Below the pieces are notes generated by a model. The model was not told where the DNA came from and made no database searches. It was given only the letters and a program-made list of their open reading frames with translations. A program made the position numbers and the translations under genes. Positions 40,385 through 49,367 of a stretch of 62,203 bases of DNA are shown piece by piece. The stretch lies in assembly GCA_049975485.1 (NCBI GenBank), contig JBNGDC010000007.1, positions 26,153 to 88,355 of the forward strand, read 5' to 3'. How positions within the stretch are numbered: the first letter of the stretch is position 1; every line of letters starts with the position of its first letter. The DNA is from Phycisphaerae bacterium (GTDB taxonomy: Bacteria; Planctomycetota; Phycisphaerae; SM23-33).

Positions 40385-41289
40385 TCCCGCGGCTCCGACG
40401 ACTGCTGCCGGGAGTCAGGCGAGGAGGCGTCGGCCACATCCCGCACCGCCCACTGGGGAACGTACTGCTGGGGAACGTCCTCTCTGCGGACCGGCAGGGC
40501 CGTTGTCAACGAGAGAAACTCCGCCGCCAGCGCGGCGTAGTCCTTCGCGCCGTGGCTGGAAACGTCGTAATCGAAGATGGTCGTTCCGTAGGATGGGCAT
40601 TCGGCGAGTTTCACGTTGCGCCTGATGAACGTCTCAAAAACGTGCGCGTCCGACCAGGGCGCGTCTCCGCCCCGCGCCGAGGCCAGGAAATCGCGCAGGT
40701 CGTCGCGGACCTCACCGGCCAGTCGCGTGGTGGTCTCGTACATGCACAGAATCACGCCGGAGACCCTCAGCGTCGGGTTGATGCGCCGCTGCACCAGCGA
40801 AACGGTCTCCAGCAGCTTGCCGAGGCCCTGCAATGCCAGGAAGTGCGGCTGCAGGGGAATTACCACCTCGTCGGCGGCCGCCAGCGCATTGAGCGTCAGA
40901 AGACCCAGACTCGGCGGGCAGTCGATGAAGGCGAAGTCATACTTGAGGTCCGCCTCGGCCAGTGCGTCGCGGAGAACCTGCTCGCGGCCGACGGTGTTCA
41001 CCATCTCCACCTCGGCTCCGGCCAGGTCGATGCTGGAAGGCGCCAGCGACAGCGACTCGCGCACCTGTCGCAGTGCTTCTGTCAGCTTGGCGTCGCCGCT
41101 GAGCACCTCGTACATGCCGGGCTGGTCGTCGCTCGGCTCGAGGCCGAAATGCAGCGTCAGGTGGGCCTGGGGGTCGAGGTCGATCAGACAGACGCCTCGA
41201 CCGCTGTCGGCAACAGCGGCGCCGAGGTTGGCGACGGTGGTGGTTTTGCCCACCCCGCCCTTCTGGTTGATAACCGCGATAGTCCGCAC
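40381..41289 (-). CDS. ParA/Soj-family ATPase (orphan, no adjacent parB)
   Basis: INQKGGVGKTTT, IDLDPQAHLT, IDCPPSLGLLTLNAL and IRRNVKLAECPSYG. Confidence 0.93.
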   Translation of the reverse strand: MRTIAVINQKGGVGKTTTVANLGAAVADSGRGVCLIDLDPQAHLTLHFGLEPSDDQPGMYEVLSGDAKLTEALRQVRESLSLAPSSIDLAGAEVEMVNTVGREQVLRDALAEADLKYDFAFIDCPPSLGLLTLNALAAADEVVIPLQPHFLALQGLGKLLETVSLVQRRINPTLRVSGVILCMYETTTRLAGEVRDDLRDFLASARGGDAPWSDAHVFETFIRRNVKLAECPSYGTTIFDYDVSSHGAKDYAALAAEFLSLTTALPVRREDVPQQYVPQWAVRDVADASSPDSRQQSSEPRE

Positions 41290-41295
41290 GGCGGC

Positions 41296-41323
41296 ATTAT
41301 AAGCGGTTACGGCGGGCGGACAA
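41296..41323 (-). promoter_or_regulatory. Putative promoter for leaderless ParA gene
   Basis: TTGTCC-N16-TATAAT-N6-GTG(41289) on the minus strand. Confidence 0.5.
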
Positions 41324-41442
41324 GTGCGCAAAAAGCCGCGGCGAGTATCGCCGTGGCAGGACACTCGCCGCTTTCGGCCTTTTCCGACCACCGCCTCGCG
41401 GCGACAGCCGTCGCCGAGCATTGCTCGGCGCGAATGCTGCTG

Positions 41443-41754
41443 CTATTTTCCGGCTGTCTTCCCGGAAGTCTTCTTGCGACGCGAGGACTTCTTGCGCGAA
41501 GTCTTCTTCTTGCCGGAACTCTTCTTCTTCGTCGAGCTTTTCTTCCGCGAGGATTTCTTCTTCGCAGTCGATTTGCGCTTGCGCGTTGACTTCTTCTTGG
41601 CCGTGGATTTCCTCTTCGCGGTCGATTTCTTCCGCGAGGACTTCTTGGCCGTTGACTTGCGCTTGCGTGTCGACTTCTTCCCCGTGGACTTCTTGGCGCT
41701 CGACTTCTTCCTCGTGCTCTTCTTCTTGCTGCTCGATTTCTTCTTCTTCGCCAT
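41443..41754 (-). CDS. Lys/Ser/Thr/Arg-rich histone-H1-like basic protein (103 aa)
   Basis: MAKKKKSSSKKKSTRKK... built from KKST(A/R) repeats, no acidic or aromatic residues, and a strong AAGGAGGT RBS. Confidence 0.85.
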   Translation of the reverse strand: MAKKKKSSSKKKSTRKKSSAKKSTGKKSTRKRKSTAKKSSRKKSTAKRKSTAKKKSTRKRKSTAKKKSSRKKSSTKKKSSGKKKTSRKKSSRRKKTSGKTAGK

Positions 41755-42042
41755 GTGCTCTCACCTCCTTCCTTGTTTTTTCTGTGAAGCCATCAGCGAA
41801 GAGCAACCTTAAGCACACCATCAAACACCCTGCGCACAAATATGCAAGAGCTGTTGCAAATTTTCTCGACACTTTTTGCGCGCGGAGTTAAGCAATTCTG
41901 CGCGCGTTTTGCGCAAGCATGTCGCGCGATCACTTTTTTCGATTGGACGCTCGTATATATATCGCCGCCGATGTTTCTTGAGCGCGGCCTTCGCGGGGCG
42001 AATAATGATTCTGTCAACGACGCGCCTTTGCCGAAAGGACCG

Positions 42043-43941
42043 ATGCCGATGACGACGACGGAACCGCCCCGACTGTCCGAGAACGCGCAGGAAACACTGC
42101 GGGCGCGCTATCTCATCAAGAACGAGCGCGGCGAGGTTACCGAAACCCCCCGGCAGATGTTCCTCCGCGTGGCGCGCTTCGTCGCAGAGGCCGAATCGCG
42201 ATACGGCGGCGACGTGGAAGCCACCGCCGAGACCTTCTATAAGTTGATGGCTCGCGGGATCTTCCTGCCGAACAGCCCCACCTTGATGAACGCGGGCAGG
42301 TCTCTGGGCGTGCTCAGCGCGTGCTTCGTACTGCCGGTCAACGACAGCGTGGACGGTATCTTCGAGTCGGTCAAGCACACCGCCCAGATTCAGAAGGCCG
42401 GCGGCGGCACGGGCTTCAGTTTCGACCGCCTGCGGCCGACAGGCGACTACATCGCCGGCTCCGGCGGCAGGACCTCCGGGCCGATAAGCTTCTGGCGCGT
42501 CTTCGCCGAAGCCACCCGCGCCATCCAGCAGGGCGCGTTCCGCCGCGGGGCGAACATGGGGATGATGTCGATTTACCATCCGGACATCCTGAAGTTCATC
42601 ACCGCCAAGAGCGACCTGTCGGCATTCGAAAACTTCAACATATCGGTAAAGGTCCCCGACGAGTTCATGGAGCGACTGCGTCAGGACGCCGACGCCCCGC
42701 ACGTAGTCATCAACCCGCGAACGGAAAGCAGCTATTACCTGCCGAAGGGATTGAATGTGGCCTCCTACACGCTCGCGGACCTGGCGCCGGCCGACAGCGG
42801 CGAGCCGCCGACGGAAGCGTATACCATCGGCGACGTGTGGGGGATGATAGTTTCCGGCGCCTGGGACACCGGCGAACCGGGCGTATGCTTCATCGACCGC
42901 GTCAATGCCGACAACCCCACGCCGAAGCTCGGGCGCATCGAGGCGACCAACCCCTGCGGCGAGCAACCCCTGCTGGACTACGAGGCGTGCAACCTCGGCT
43001 CCATCGACGTCGCCAAGTTCGTCCGCGACGGGCGACTGGACGAAAAGGCATTCCGTCAAACGGTCCGCCAGGCGGTTCGCTTCCTGGACGACGTAATAGA
43101 CGTCAGCAATTTCATCATCCCGGAAATCGAGTCCATCTGCACCGGCAACCGCAAGATCGGACTGGGCGTGATGGGCTTTGCCGACGCGATGTACGAGCTG
43201 GGAATCCGCTATGACAGCGACGAGGGGCTGCAGTTCGGCCGTCGGGTCGCGAAGCTTTTGACCGAGAACGCCTTCGCCGCCAGCGAGACCCTGGCGGCCG
43301 AGCGCGGAAGCTTCCCCAACTTCGAAGGCAGCCGCTGGCAGGTTGAATCGAACCGACCGATGCGCAACGCGGCCGTTACTTGTGTCGCCCCTACGGGCAC
43401 GCTGAGCATAATCGCCGGCTGCACCGGCGGCATCGAGCCGGCTTACGCGCTGGCGTTCTACCGTCACGTGCTCGAGGGCAGAAAGCTTGCCGACGTGAAC
43501 GCACCTTTCCGCAGACACGCCGAGGAGGCGGGGTTCTGGTCGCAGGAGTTGGCCGACCGCCTTGCCTCCGGCCAAAAGCTCTCCGACCAACCGGGCGTGG
43601 ACGAGCGGACCAGGGAGTTGTTCGTCACCGCGCACGACATCGCGCCGATATGGCACGTGCGCATGCAGGCGGTGTTCCAGGAATACATAGACGGCGCCAT
43701 CTCCAAGACCATCAACATGCCGAACCACGCCACGGTTGACGACGTGGCCGAGGTGTACCAGGCCGCGTACGACCTGGACTGCAAGGGCGTGACGGTCTAT
43801 CGAGACGGCTGCCGGGCCGGCCAGCCCATGGCCACTGAAGCCGACCGCCCCACACGCGTCTGCCCGCAGTGTCGCCAGGAAATCCCCGCCGAGCCCTCCT
43901 GCGCGCGTTGTCCAAACTGCGGGTACACGCTCTGCACCTGA
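42043..43941 (+). CDS. nrdJ: Adenosylcobalamin-dependent (class II) ribonucleotide reductase
   Basis: FLPNSPTLMNAG, LSACFV, GGGTG, RRGANMG, TNPCGEQPL, ACNLGS, APTGT, ISKTIN, KGVTVYRDG and a C-terminal CxxC...CxxC. Confidence 0.93.
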   Translation: MPMTTTEPPRLSENAQETLRARYLIKNERGEVTETPRQMFLRVARFVAEAESRYGGDVEATAETFYKLMARGIFLPNSPTLMNAGRSLGVLSACFVLPVNDSVDGIFESVKHTAQIQKAGGGTGFSFDRLRPTGDYIAGSGGRTSGPISFWRVFAEATRAIQQGAFRRGANMGMMSIYHPDILKFITAKSDLSAFENFNISVKVPDEFMERLRQDADAPHVVINPRTESSYYLPKGLNVASYTLADLAPADSGEPPTEAYTIGDVWGMIVSGAWDTGEPGVCFIDRVNADNPTPKLGRIEATNPCGEQPLLDYEACNLGSIDVAKFVRDGRLDEKAFRQTVRQAVRFLDDVIDVSNFIIPEIESICTGNRKIGLGVMGFADAMYELGIRYDSDEGLQFGRRVAKLLTENAFAASETLAAERGSFPNFEGSRWQVESNRPMRNAAVTCVAPTGTLSIIAGCTGGIEPAYALAFYRHVLEGRKLADVNAPFRRHAEEAGFWSQELADRLASGQKLSDQPGVDERTRELFVTAHDIAPIWHVRMQAVFQEYIDGAISKTINMPNHATVDDVAEVYQAAYDLDCKGVTVYRDGCRAGQPMATEADRPTRVCPQCRQEIPAEPSCARCPNCGYTLCT

Positions 43942-44006
43942 CCCGGCACAATTGCTCGCATGGGGTTGGCTCCGGGGGCAGGAATGGCTATCCTGTTGTC
44001 CTCAGT

Positions 44007-44783
44007 ATGAGGGAAGTTAAAAGGTCATCGCGCACCCATTTGAGCGCCGCCTTCGCCGTGCTGGCGGCGTTGCTTTCCGGCTGCGCGGTCACACAGCCGC
44101 AGAATACCCCGGTCAGCCAGCAGCGGGAACTGGACCCCGTGACAGGGCGCGGATACTGGCTATACGTCCCCAGCACCTATCGCCACGAAAAACCCGCGCC
44201 CCTCATAGTGAGCTGCCACGGCACGCCGCCGTTCGACGTAGCCGAACATCACATCCGGGAGTGGAAGATGCTCGCCGAGAAGAACAGCTGTATCGTGGTG
44301 GCTCCGGAGCTGATCGGCACGGACGGGCTTCTGGGCGACGGCCCGATCGTGGGCATGCTCACCAATGAACGTTCCATCCTCAACATCATCTCGCAGCTCG
44401 CCTACCGCTACAACCTCGACCGGGCGAACATGATGATTACTGGCTTCTCCGGCGGGGGCTTTCCCACGTACTGGGTGGGACTGCGGCATCCGGAACTGTT
44501 CAACTGCGTGGTGGCGCGTAACGCCAACTTCAGCCGTCATAATCTGCACGGGTGGTATCCGCCGGAAGCAACCGACGTCAACGTGATGGTCTATTACGGC
44601 GAAAACGACCCCGGCGCCATCCAGGCGCAGTCCAGACAGGCGGCCGAGTATCTCCGGGCCAATGGCTTCCGGGTCGAGACCGACGTTCTGCCCGGAGCCG
44701 GCCACGAGAGACACCCCGAAGTGGCAATGCAGTTCTTCCTCGAAAAACGTCGCCCGGCCCAGCCCACACAGCCCACGCGGTAA
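44007..44783 (+). CDS. Lipoprotein esterase (PHB-depolymerase-like alpha/beta hydrolase)
   Basis: Lipobox LLSGC, YWLYVPSTY...PLIVSCHG, TGFSGGG, YGEND and GAGH. Confidence 0.8.
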   Translation: MREVKRSSRTHLSAAFAVLAALLSGCAVTQPQNTPVSQQRELDPVTGRGYWLYVPSTYRHEKPAPLIVSCHGTPPFDVAEHHIREWKMLAEKNSCIVVAPELIGTDGLLGDGPIVGMLTNERSILNIISQLAYRYNLDRANMMITGFSGGGFPTYWVGLRHPELFNCVVARNANFSRHNLHGWYPPEATDVNVMVYYGENDPGAIQAQSRQAAEYLRANGFRVETDVLPGAGHERHPEVAMQFFLEKRRPAQPTQPTR

Positions 44784-44795
44784 GGCCCGGCGATG

Positions 44796-44837
44796 AAAAG
44801 GCCCCCCGGTCCCGCCTGGGCGGAACCGGGAGGCCTT
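44796..44837 (-). terminator. Terminator hairpin between the convergent esterase gene and V-ATPase operon
   Basis: AAGGCCCCCCGGTCCCGCC-TG-GGCGGAACCGGGAGGCCTT, with a short T tract on the minus strand. Confidence 0.7.
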
Positions 44838-44873
44838 CATTGGTCTGCATTTCCGGTCGGCAACCCGTTGTCC

Positions 44874-45347
44874 CTACACCGTCGCGAGCGCCGTGAGCTG
44901 CAGGTACAGGAACACGAAACCGAACACACCGACGGTCTCGGCGATGCCCATGGCGATGATCATGAACACGAAGCCCTTGCCCTCGCCCTCGGACAGGGCG
45001 CGGATGGCCGATGAGCCGATAAGTCCCTGCATCCAGGCGCTGAACATCTCCGCAAGCCCGCCGGCTATGCCCACGCTCAGCAGCACGCCGCCGAACCTGC
45101 CGACCATCTCGGCATCCAGACTCGGACCGCTAAGCCCGACGTACATCAGGATGAACGCGTAGATGGTCTGTGTAAGCGGCATGCCCAGAAGCACCATATA
45201 CGTAAAGCTCAGCCGCTCACCGGCCTTTGCCTGCTTGGCCCAGGCGCCTGCGGCGGAACGCCCCGCCGCTCCGATGCCCAGGGCGCTTCCCAGCGCGCCC
45301 AGACCCAGCACCAGGCCCAGTCCCATTTGCCCAAGGAACGTTTCCAT
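44874..45347 (-). CDS. ntpK: V-type ATPase subunit K (c)
   Basis: Four TM segments, GSALGIG, PLTQTIY, SAWMQG and GIAETV. Confidence 0.93.
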   Translation of the reverse strand: METFLGQMGLGLVLGLGALGSALGIGAAGRSAAGAWAKQAKAGERLSFTYMVLLGMPLTQTIYAFILMYVGLSGPSLDAEMVGRFGGVLLSVGIAGGLAEMFSAWMQGLIGSSAIRALSEGEGKGFVFMIIAMGIAETVGVFGFVFLYLQLTALATV

Positions 45348-45349
45348 TC

Positions 45350-47245
45350 TCAACTCTCCTTCGTCTGTTGTCCGGCGAATGGCTCGTACGGATAGCCCGC
45401 CCACTCCACGCCGACGTGACTGGAGAACTCCAGCATGTTCAGCCGGACGCCGTGGGCGAAGATTGCGATGATTACCATTGCGATGTTAAGCCCGTGCCCG
45501 AAAACCAGTACGGGCGCCGCGGCGAACCAGGTGGCCGCTCCGGCAAGCTGGGCGGCCATCCCGTTGAAAGCCAAAGCGATAAAGTACGTGGCGATGCCGA
45601 CGGCCATCAGGCGGATGTAGCTGATGGTGTCGCCGAAGGTGTTTATCAACGGCAATAGCGACGAAGCGAACCCGCCCAGCACGCGCACCAGCGGATTCTT
45701 GTGAGGTCGTCCGAACACCGACGCCAGCACCAGCCCGGCGAGCAACGCCCACCAGACGGCCATCGGCGTGTCGGCCACATCCGCGAATACCATGTTCCAG
45801 ACCACCAGCAGCATGGCCACCACCACGATGCACCAGCCCACGTCGGCCAGCATGCGCTGGTCCGGCGCCAGGAATATCACCCTGCGAACGTGCGCCAGCG
45901 CCAGGTGCACGCCGCCGATTATGAAGGCGATCTTCATCAGCAGGAACAGCCCCTCCTGCTCGTCTTGCCGCCACAGAAGCGCCGGGGCGGACATGACCCT
46001 CGCGGCCGTGCCCCAGGCGTCTTCGGCTGCAAACAGCGCATCGTAGTCCGGCCGTGTCTCGCCGCCTGCTTCCACTACGTACCCACCCCCCGAGGCCAGG
46101 GATTGCGGCGTGAGGCCGAAATAGTTGGCCGACAGCACACCCCAGATGAGCGTGCACGCGCCCACGGCGAGTATCAGTTGGGCCTTTTCGCTGCCGGCGG
46201 CCGCGGAGATGCGCCTGTAGAACACAAGCCCCAGCGCTATGAACAGCAGCCCGTAGCCCGCGTCGCCGATGAGTATGCCCGCGAACAGCGGCAGAGCCAG
46301 CATGAAGAACCCCGACAGGTCCATCTCGCGATAGCCCGGCAGCGTCCCGAGCATGTCGAACAGCCCCTTCATGGGCCTGGCCCAGCGGGGGTACTTGATC
46401 AGAGTCGGCGGCTGCTCATCTTCCGGGGGTTCGAAGGTCTGCACGCCGGCATCGACGCCGCGCTCGGACAGACCATCGGCCAGGCCGCCGGCGTCCTCGG
46501 CGGGCACCCAACCGCCGACGGCGTAGAGCGACTCGGCCTCGATGCCGCTTCGCTCGACGCTCTGCCATCGGACCTCCTCGGCGAGCTTCTGCCGTTCCCG
46601 CCCCATCTCGCCGGTCAGGTGCGCCAGTTCGTGCAGCCGCTCAGTATCGTCTTTCTGCTGCTGCTCAAGCTGGGCGGCCTCGGCTCGGACGCTCGGACGG
46701 TCGCGCGTGGGCAGCTCAACGGCAATGGCGTCTTCGGGTACCTCCGGCTCGGCCTCGTCACGGGAAGCAACGGCCACCAGCACGCGCTTGGCCGGCAGCT
46801 CCCGCAACTGCTGCACGCACTGCCCGCCGACCTGCGAAAGCTGATCCGCGGGCACGGAATAGAAGCTCACCCGCACGCCCGCCTCCTGAAGCCGCTCGAA
46901 CTGCTCCAGGCGGACGTCGCCCCACATTTCAAGATTCTGCATCTCGCGATACAGCGCATTGAGGCGGCTTCTGCGCTCGGCGGCCGACCGCTGAATGCCC
47001 AGCACCTCCGCAGCGGCATCAACGGGCGACGTATCCGGATGGGGCCCTTTGGGCTCCAGGTCCGCGAGTATCTGCCTTGCCCTGTCCAGCCGCGACACCG
47101 CCAGCGTAACCTTCTCGTCGGCCACCGCTCGGGCGGGGTCCACCGGCTGGACGTGCACCACGCCCAGCTCGCGCAGCGCCTCGAGCAGACGCTCGCGGTC
47201 GTCGCGCCGGCAGACGCAGTAGCATTTGAGCATCGGGGCTATCAT
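45350..47245 (-). CDS. ntpI: V-type ATPase subunit I (a)
   Basis: MIAPM, GWVP, PGYREMD, GDAGYG, FGDTISYIRLMA and HGVRLNMLEF. ATGA overlap with subunit D. Confidence 0.93.
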   Translation of the reverse strand: MIAPMLKCYCVCRRDDRERLLEALRELGVVHVQPVDPARAVADEKVTLAVSRLDRARQILADLEPKGPHPDTSPVDAAAEVLGIQRSAAERRSRLNALYREMQNLEMWGDVRLEQFERLQEAGVRVSFYSVPADQLSQVGGQCVQQLRELPAKRVLVAVASRDEAEPEVPEDAIAVELPTRDRPSVRAEAAQLEQQQKDDTERLHELAHLTGEMGRERQKLAEEVRWQSVERSGIEAESLYAVGGWVPAEDAGGLADGLSERGVDAGVQTFEPPEDEQPPTLIKYPRWARPMKGLFDMLGTLPGYREMDLSGFFMLALPLFAGILIGDAGYGLLFIALGLVFYRRISAAAGSEKAQLILAVGACTLIWGVLSANYFGLTPQSLASGGGYVVEAGGETRPDYDALFAAEDAWGTAARVMSAPALLWRQDEQEGLFLLMKIAFIIGGVHLALAHVRRVIFLAPDQRMLADVGWCIVVVAMLLVVWNMVFADVADTPMAVWWALLAGLVLASVFGRPHKNPLVRVLGGFASSLLPLINTFGDTISYIRLMAVGIATYFIALAFNGMAAQLAGAATWFAAAPVLVFGHGLNIAMVIIAIFAHGVRLNMLEFSSHVGVEWAGYPYEPFAGQQTKES

Positions 47246-47904
47246 TCGCCGCCTTCCTCCTGTACGACCACCGCCTGCTCGCCGCCGCGCTCGGGCATCT
47301 CGGTCTCGGCGAGCTTCTCCTTGGCGATTTTCGCGCGGGCCACACCGGCCGTCTGCTCGTCGTCCAGCTTGATGCGTATGCGGCGGATGTTCTCGCGGCA
47401 CTGCGGTATCATGACCTTCTCGAAAAGGTTCACGCGCTGGATTACCTTGGTCAGCTCGTGCTCAAGAAGTTCGTAACGCTCTTCGAGCACGTCCAGCTCG
47501 GCCTGGAGGCGGTTTACGTCCCGCAGGTCCGCCAGCGCCTGGTCCACCCACGCCGGAGTGGCGAACAGACTGTAGTCGGCCTCGGGGAAACGGATGTCCT
47601 CAAACCTCGGCAGCTCCAGCCCGGCCACGTTGTCGATCTCCGTGTGCACTTCCTCCGGCTCGGCGAGCTTCTCGACATTCACGCCCGCCAGGTCGGCAAG
47701 GATATTCTCGTAGGCGGCGAACTTGTCCCGCGCCTCATCCCTCGCAGAGGCCACCTCGCTGCGCTGCCGGGCCAACTTGCGCATGGTGAGCTGAAGCTGC
47801 TGCTGCTTGAGCTTCAGCATGGGCAGATAACGCTCGAACCGCCGCAGCATCTCCCGCTGACGGCGAAGCTCGGGGCGGGTCAGTCTGATCTTCTTCTTAG
47901 CCAA
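47242..47904 (-). CDS. ntpD: V-type ATPase subunit D
   Basis: RYLPMLKLKQQQL and QRVNLFEKVMIP. Confidence 0.93.
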   Translation of the reverse strand: MAKKKIRLTRPELRRQREMLRRFERYLPMLKLKQQQLQLTMRKLARQRSEVASARDEARDKFAAYENILADLAGVNVEKLAEPEEVHTEIDNVAGLELPRFEDIRFPEADYSLFATPAWVDQALADLRDVNRLQAELDVLEERYELLEHELTKVIQRVNLFEKVMIPQCRENIRRIRIKLDDEQTAGVARAKIAKEKLAETEMPERGGEQAVVVQEEGGE

Positions 47905-47966
47905 GGTTCAGATTGCCGATGGTCGATTATCGATTGTCGATTTAACAGCGCCGCATGGTCGACTGG

Positions 47967-49337
47967 TTAGTTTCCCGCCGCGGCTGACGTTTCGGCCTTC
48001 GCCGTCTTCTGCGTCTCGTCCGATTCTTCTGCGACTTCCTCTGTTTTCTTCGGCCAGTGGCTGTCGATAACCGCGCGGCGGATACCGGTCTCGCGCGGCT
48101 CGAAGCACTCCGCGAGTACGTCCCAGCAGCGGTCCAGCCCCTCGAACAGCGGTATGTCCACCTCGAGGTCCATGATGCGATCCTCGAACAGGTCGCCGTA
48201 CTTCAGCAGCTTCCTGTCCCAGGCGGACATCTCGAAGCCCATGTCGCGTTTTTCGCGGCTTTCGCGGCACTGGGCGTAAAGCTGGATGCAGGCGTTCATA
48301 ATCGCGCGGTGGTCGTCGCGCGTCTCGCCGTTGACCTGCTGTTTCAGACGCGACAGCGAGCCGAACGGCTCGATCCACTGGTTCCGCAGATAGAACTGAC
48401 CTTCGGTGATGTATCCGGTGTTGTCCGGGACCGGGTGGGTCACGTCGTCGCCGGGCATGGTCACGCAGGCCAGCAGGGTCATTGAGCCGGCCTCGTCGAG
48501 GTCAACGGCCTTCTCGTAACGCCGCGCCAACTGGGTGTACAGGTCGCCGGGGTAGCCGCGGTTGGACGGGACCTGCTCCATCGTAATAGCGATCTCCTTC
48601 AGCGCGTCTGCGAAGGAGGTCATGTTCGTCAGCAGCACCAGTACCCTCTTGCCGGCCAACGCGAACTGCTCGCCGGCGGCCAGGCACAGATCCGGAACCA
48701 TCAGGCACTCCACCACCGGGTCGGCCGCGGTGTGGATGAACATGATGCTCCGACCGAGCACGCCGCCTTCCTCGAACGTGTTGCGGAACTTCAGGTAGTC
48801 GTCGTGCCTAAGCCCCATGCCGCCGAGGATGATGACGTCGGCCTCGGCCTGGAGGCCCACACGCGCCAGAAGCTCGTTGTACGGCTCGCCTGGTATGGAG
48901 AAGATCGGCAGCTTCTGCGACTCCACGAGGGAGTTGAAGATGTCGATCATGGGAATCCGCGTCTCGATCATGCGGTCGGGACGGCGCCGCCGGACCGGGT
49001 TGACCGGCGGAGAGCCGATATCCACCATGTCGGCCTCGACCTCGGGCCTGTCGTCTCGCGGACGGCCTGAACCGTCAAAGACCCGCCCCAGCAGGTCGTC
49101 ACTGAACGGCACCTGCATGGGACGCCCAAGGAAGCGAATCTTGTCGCCAGTAGATACGCCCCGTGTACCCGCGAAGACCTGCAGCGAGACCTGGTCCTCG
49201 TCCAAGCTGATGACCTGCGCCAGCGACGGGCCTCTCTCGGTCTCCACGACCGCAAGCTCGTCGTAGCCCACGCCACCGGCCGTCACGGTCACGACGTTGC
49301 CGGCGATACGGGTTATCTGGTTATAGTACTTTCGCAT
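47967..49337 (-). CDS. ntpB: V-type ATPase subunit B
   Basis: [37 protein letters not shown] and [14 protein letters not shown]. Confidence 0.96.
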   Translation of the reverse strand: MRKYYNQITRIAGNVVTVTAGGVGYDELAVVETERGPSLAQVISLDEDQVSLQVFAGTRGVSTGDKIRFLGRPMQVPFSDDLLGRVFDGSGRPRDDRPEVEADMVDIGSPPVNPVRRRRPDRMIETRIPMIDIFNSLVESQKLPIFSIPGEPYNELLARVGLQAEADVIILGGMGLRHDDYLKFRNTFEEGGVLGRSIMFIHTAADPVVECLMVPDLCLAAGEQFALAGKRVLVLLTNMTSFADALKEIAITMEQVPSNRGYPGDLYTQLARRYEKAVDLDEAGSMTLLACVTMPGDDVTHPVPDNTGYITEGQFYLRNQWIEPFGSLSRLKQQVNGETRDDHRAIMNACIQLYAQCRESREKRDMGFEMSAWDRKLLKYGDLFEDRIMDLEVDIPLFEGLDRCWDVLAECFEPRETGIRRAVIDSHWPKKTEEVAEESDETQKTAKAETSAAAGN

Positions 49338-49367
49338 TTTCCGACCTCGGTTCGGTGTCCGTCTCGG

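Noticed and set aside
41297-41872. Glu-rich and Phe-rich ORFs overlapping the basic protein gene
   Set aside because: Alternate frames of the same low-complexity repeat. Only the Lys-rich frame has an ATG with a strong RBS.
41825-41970. NrdR boxes or cobalamin riboswitch upstream of nrdJ
   Set aside because: Only weak AT-rich matches (CACAAATATG, GTATATATATC), not in tandem spacing. No B12-box seen.
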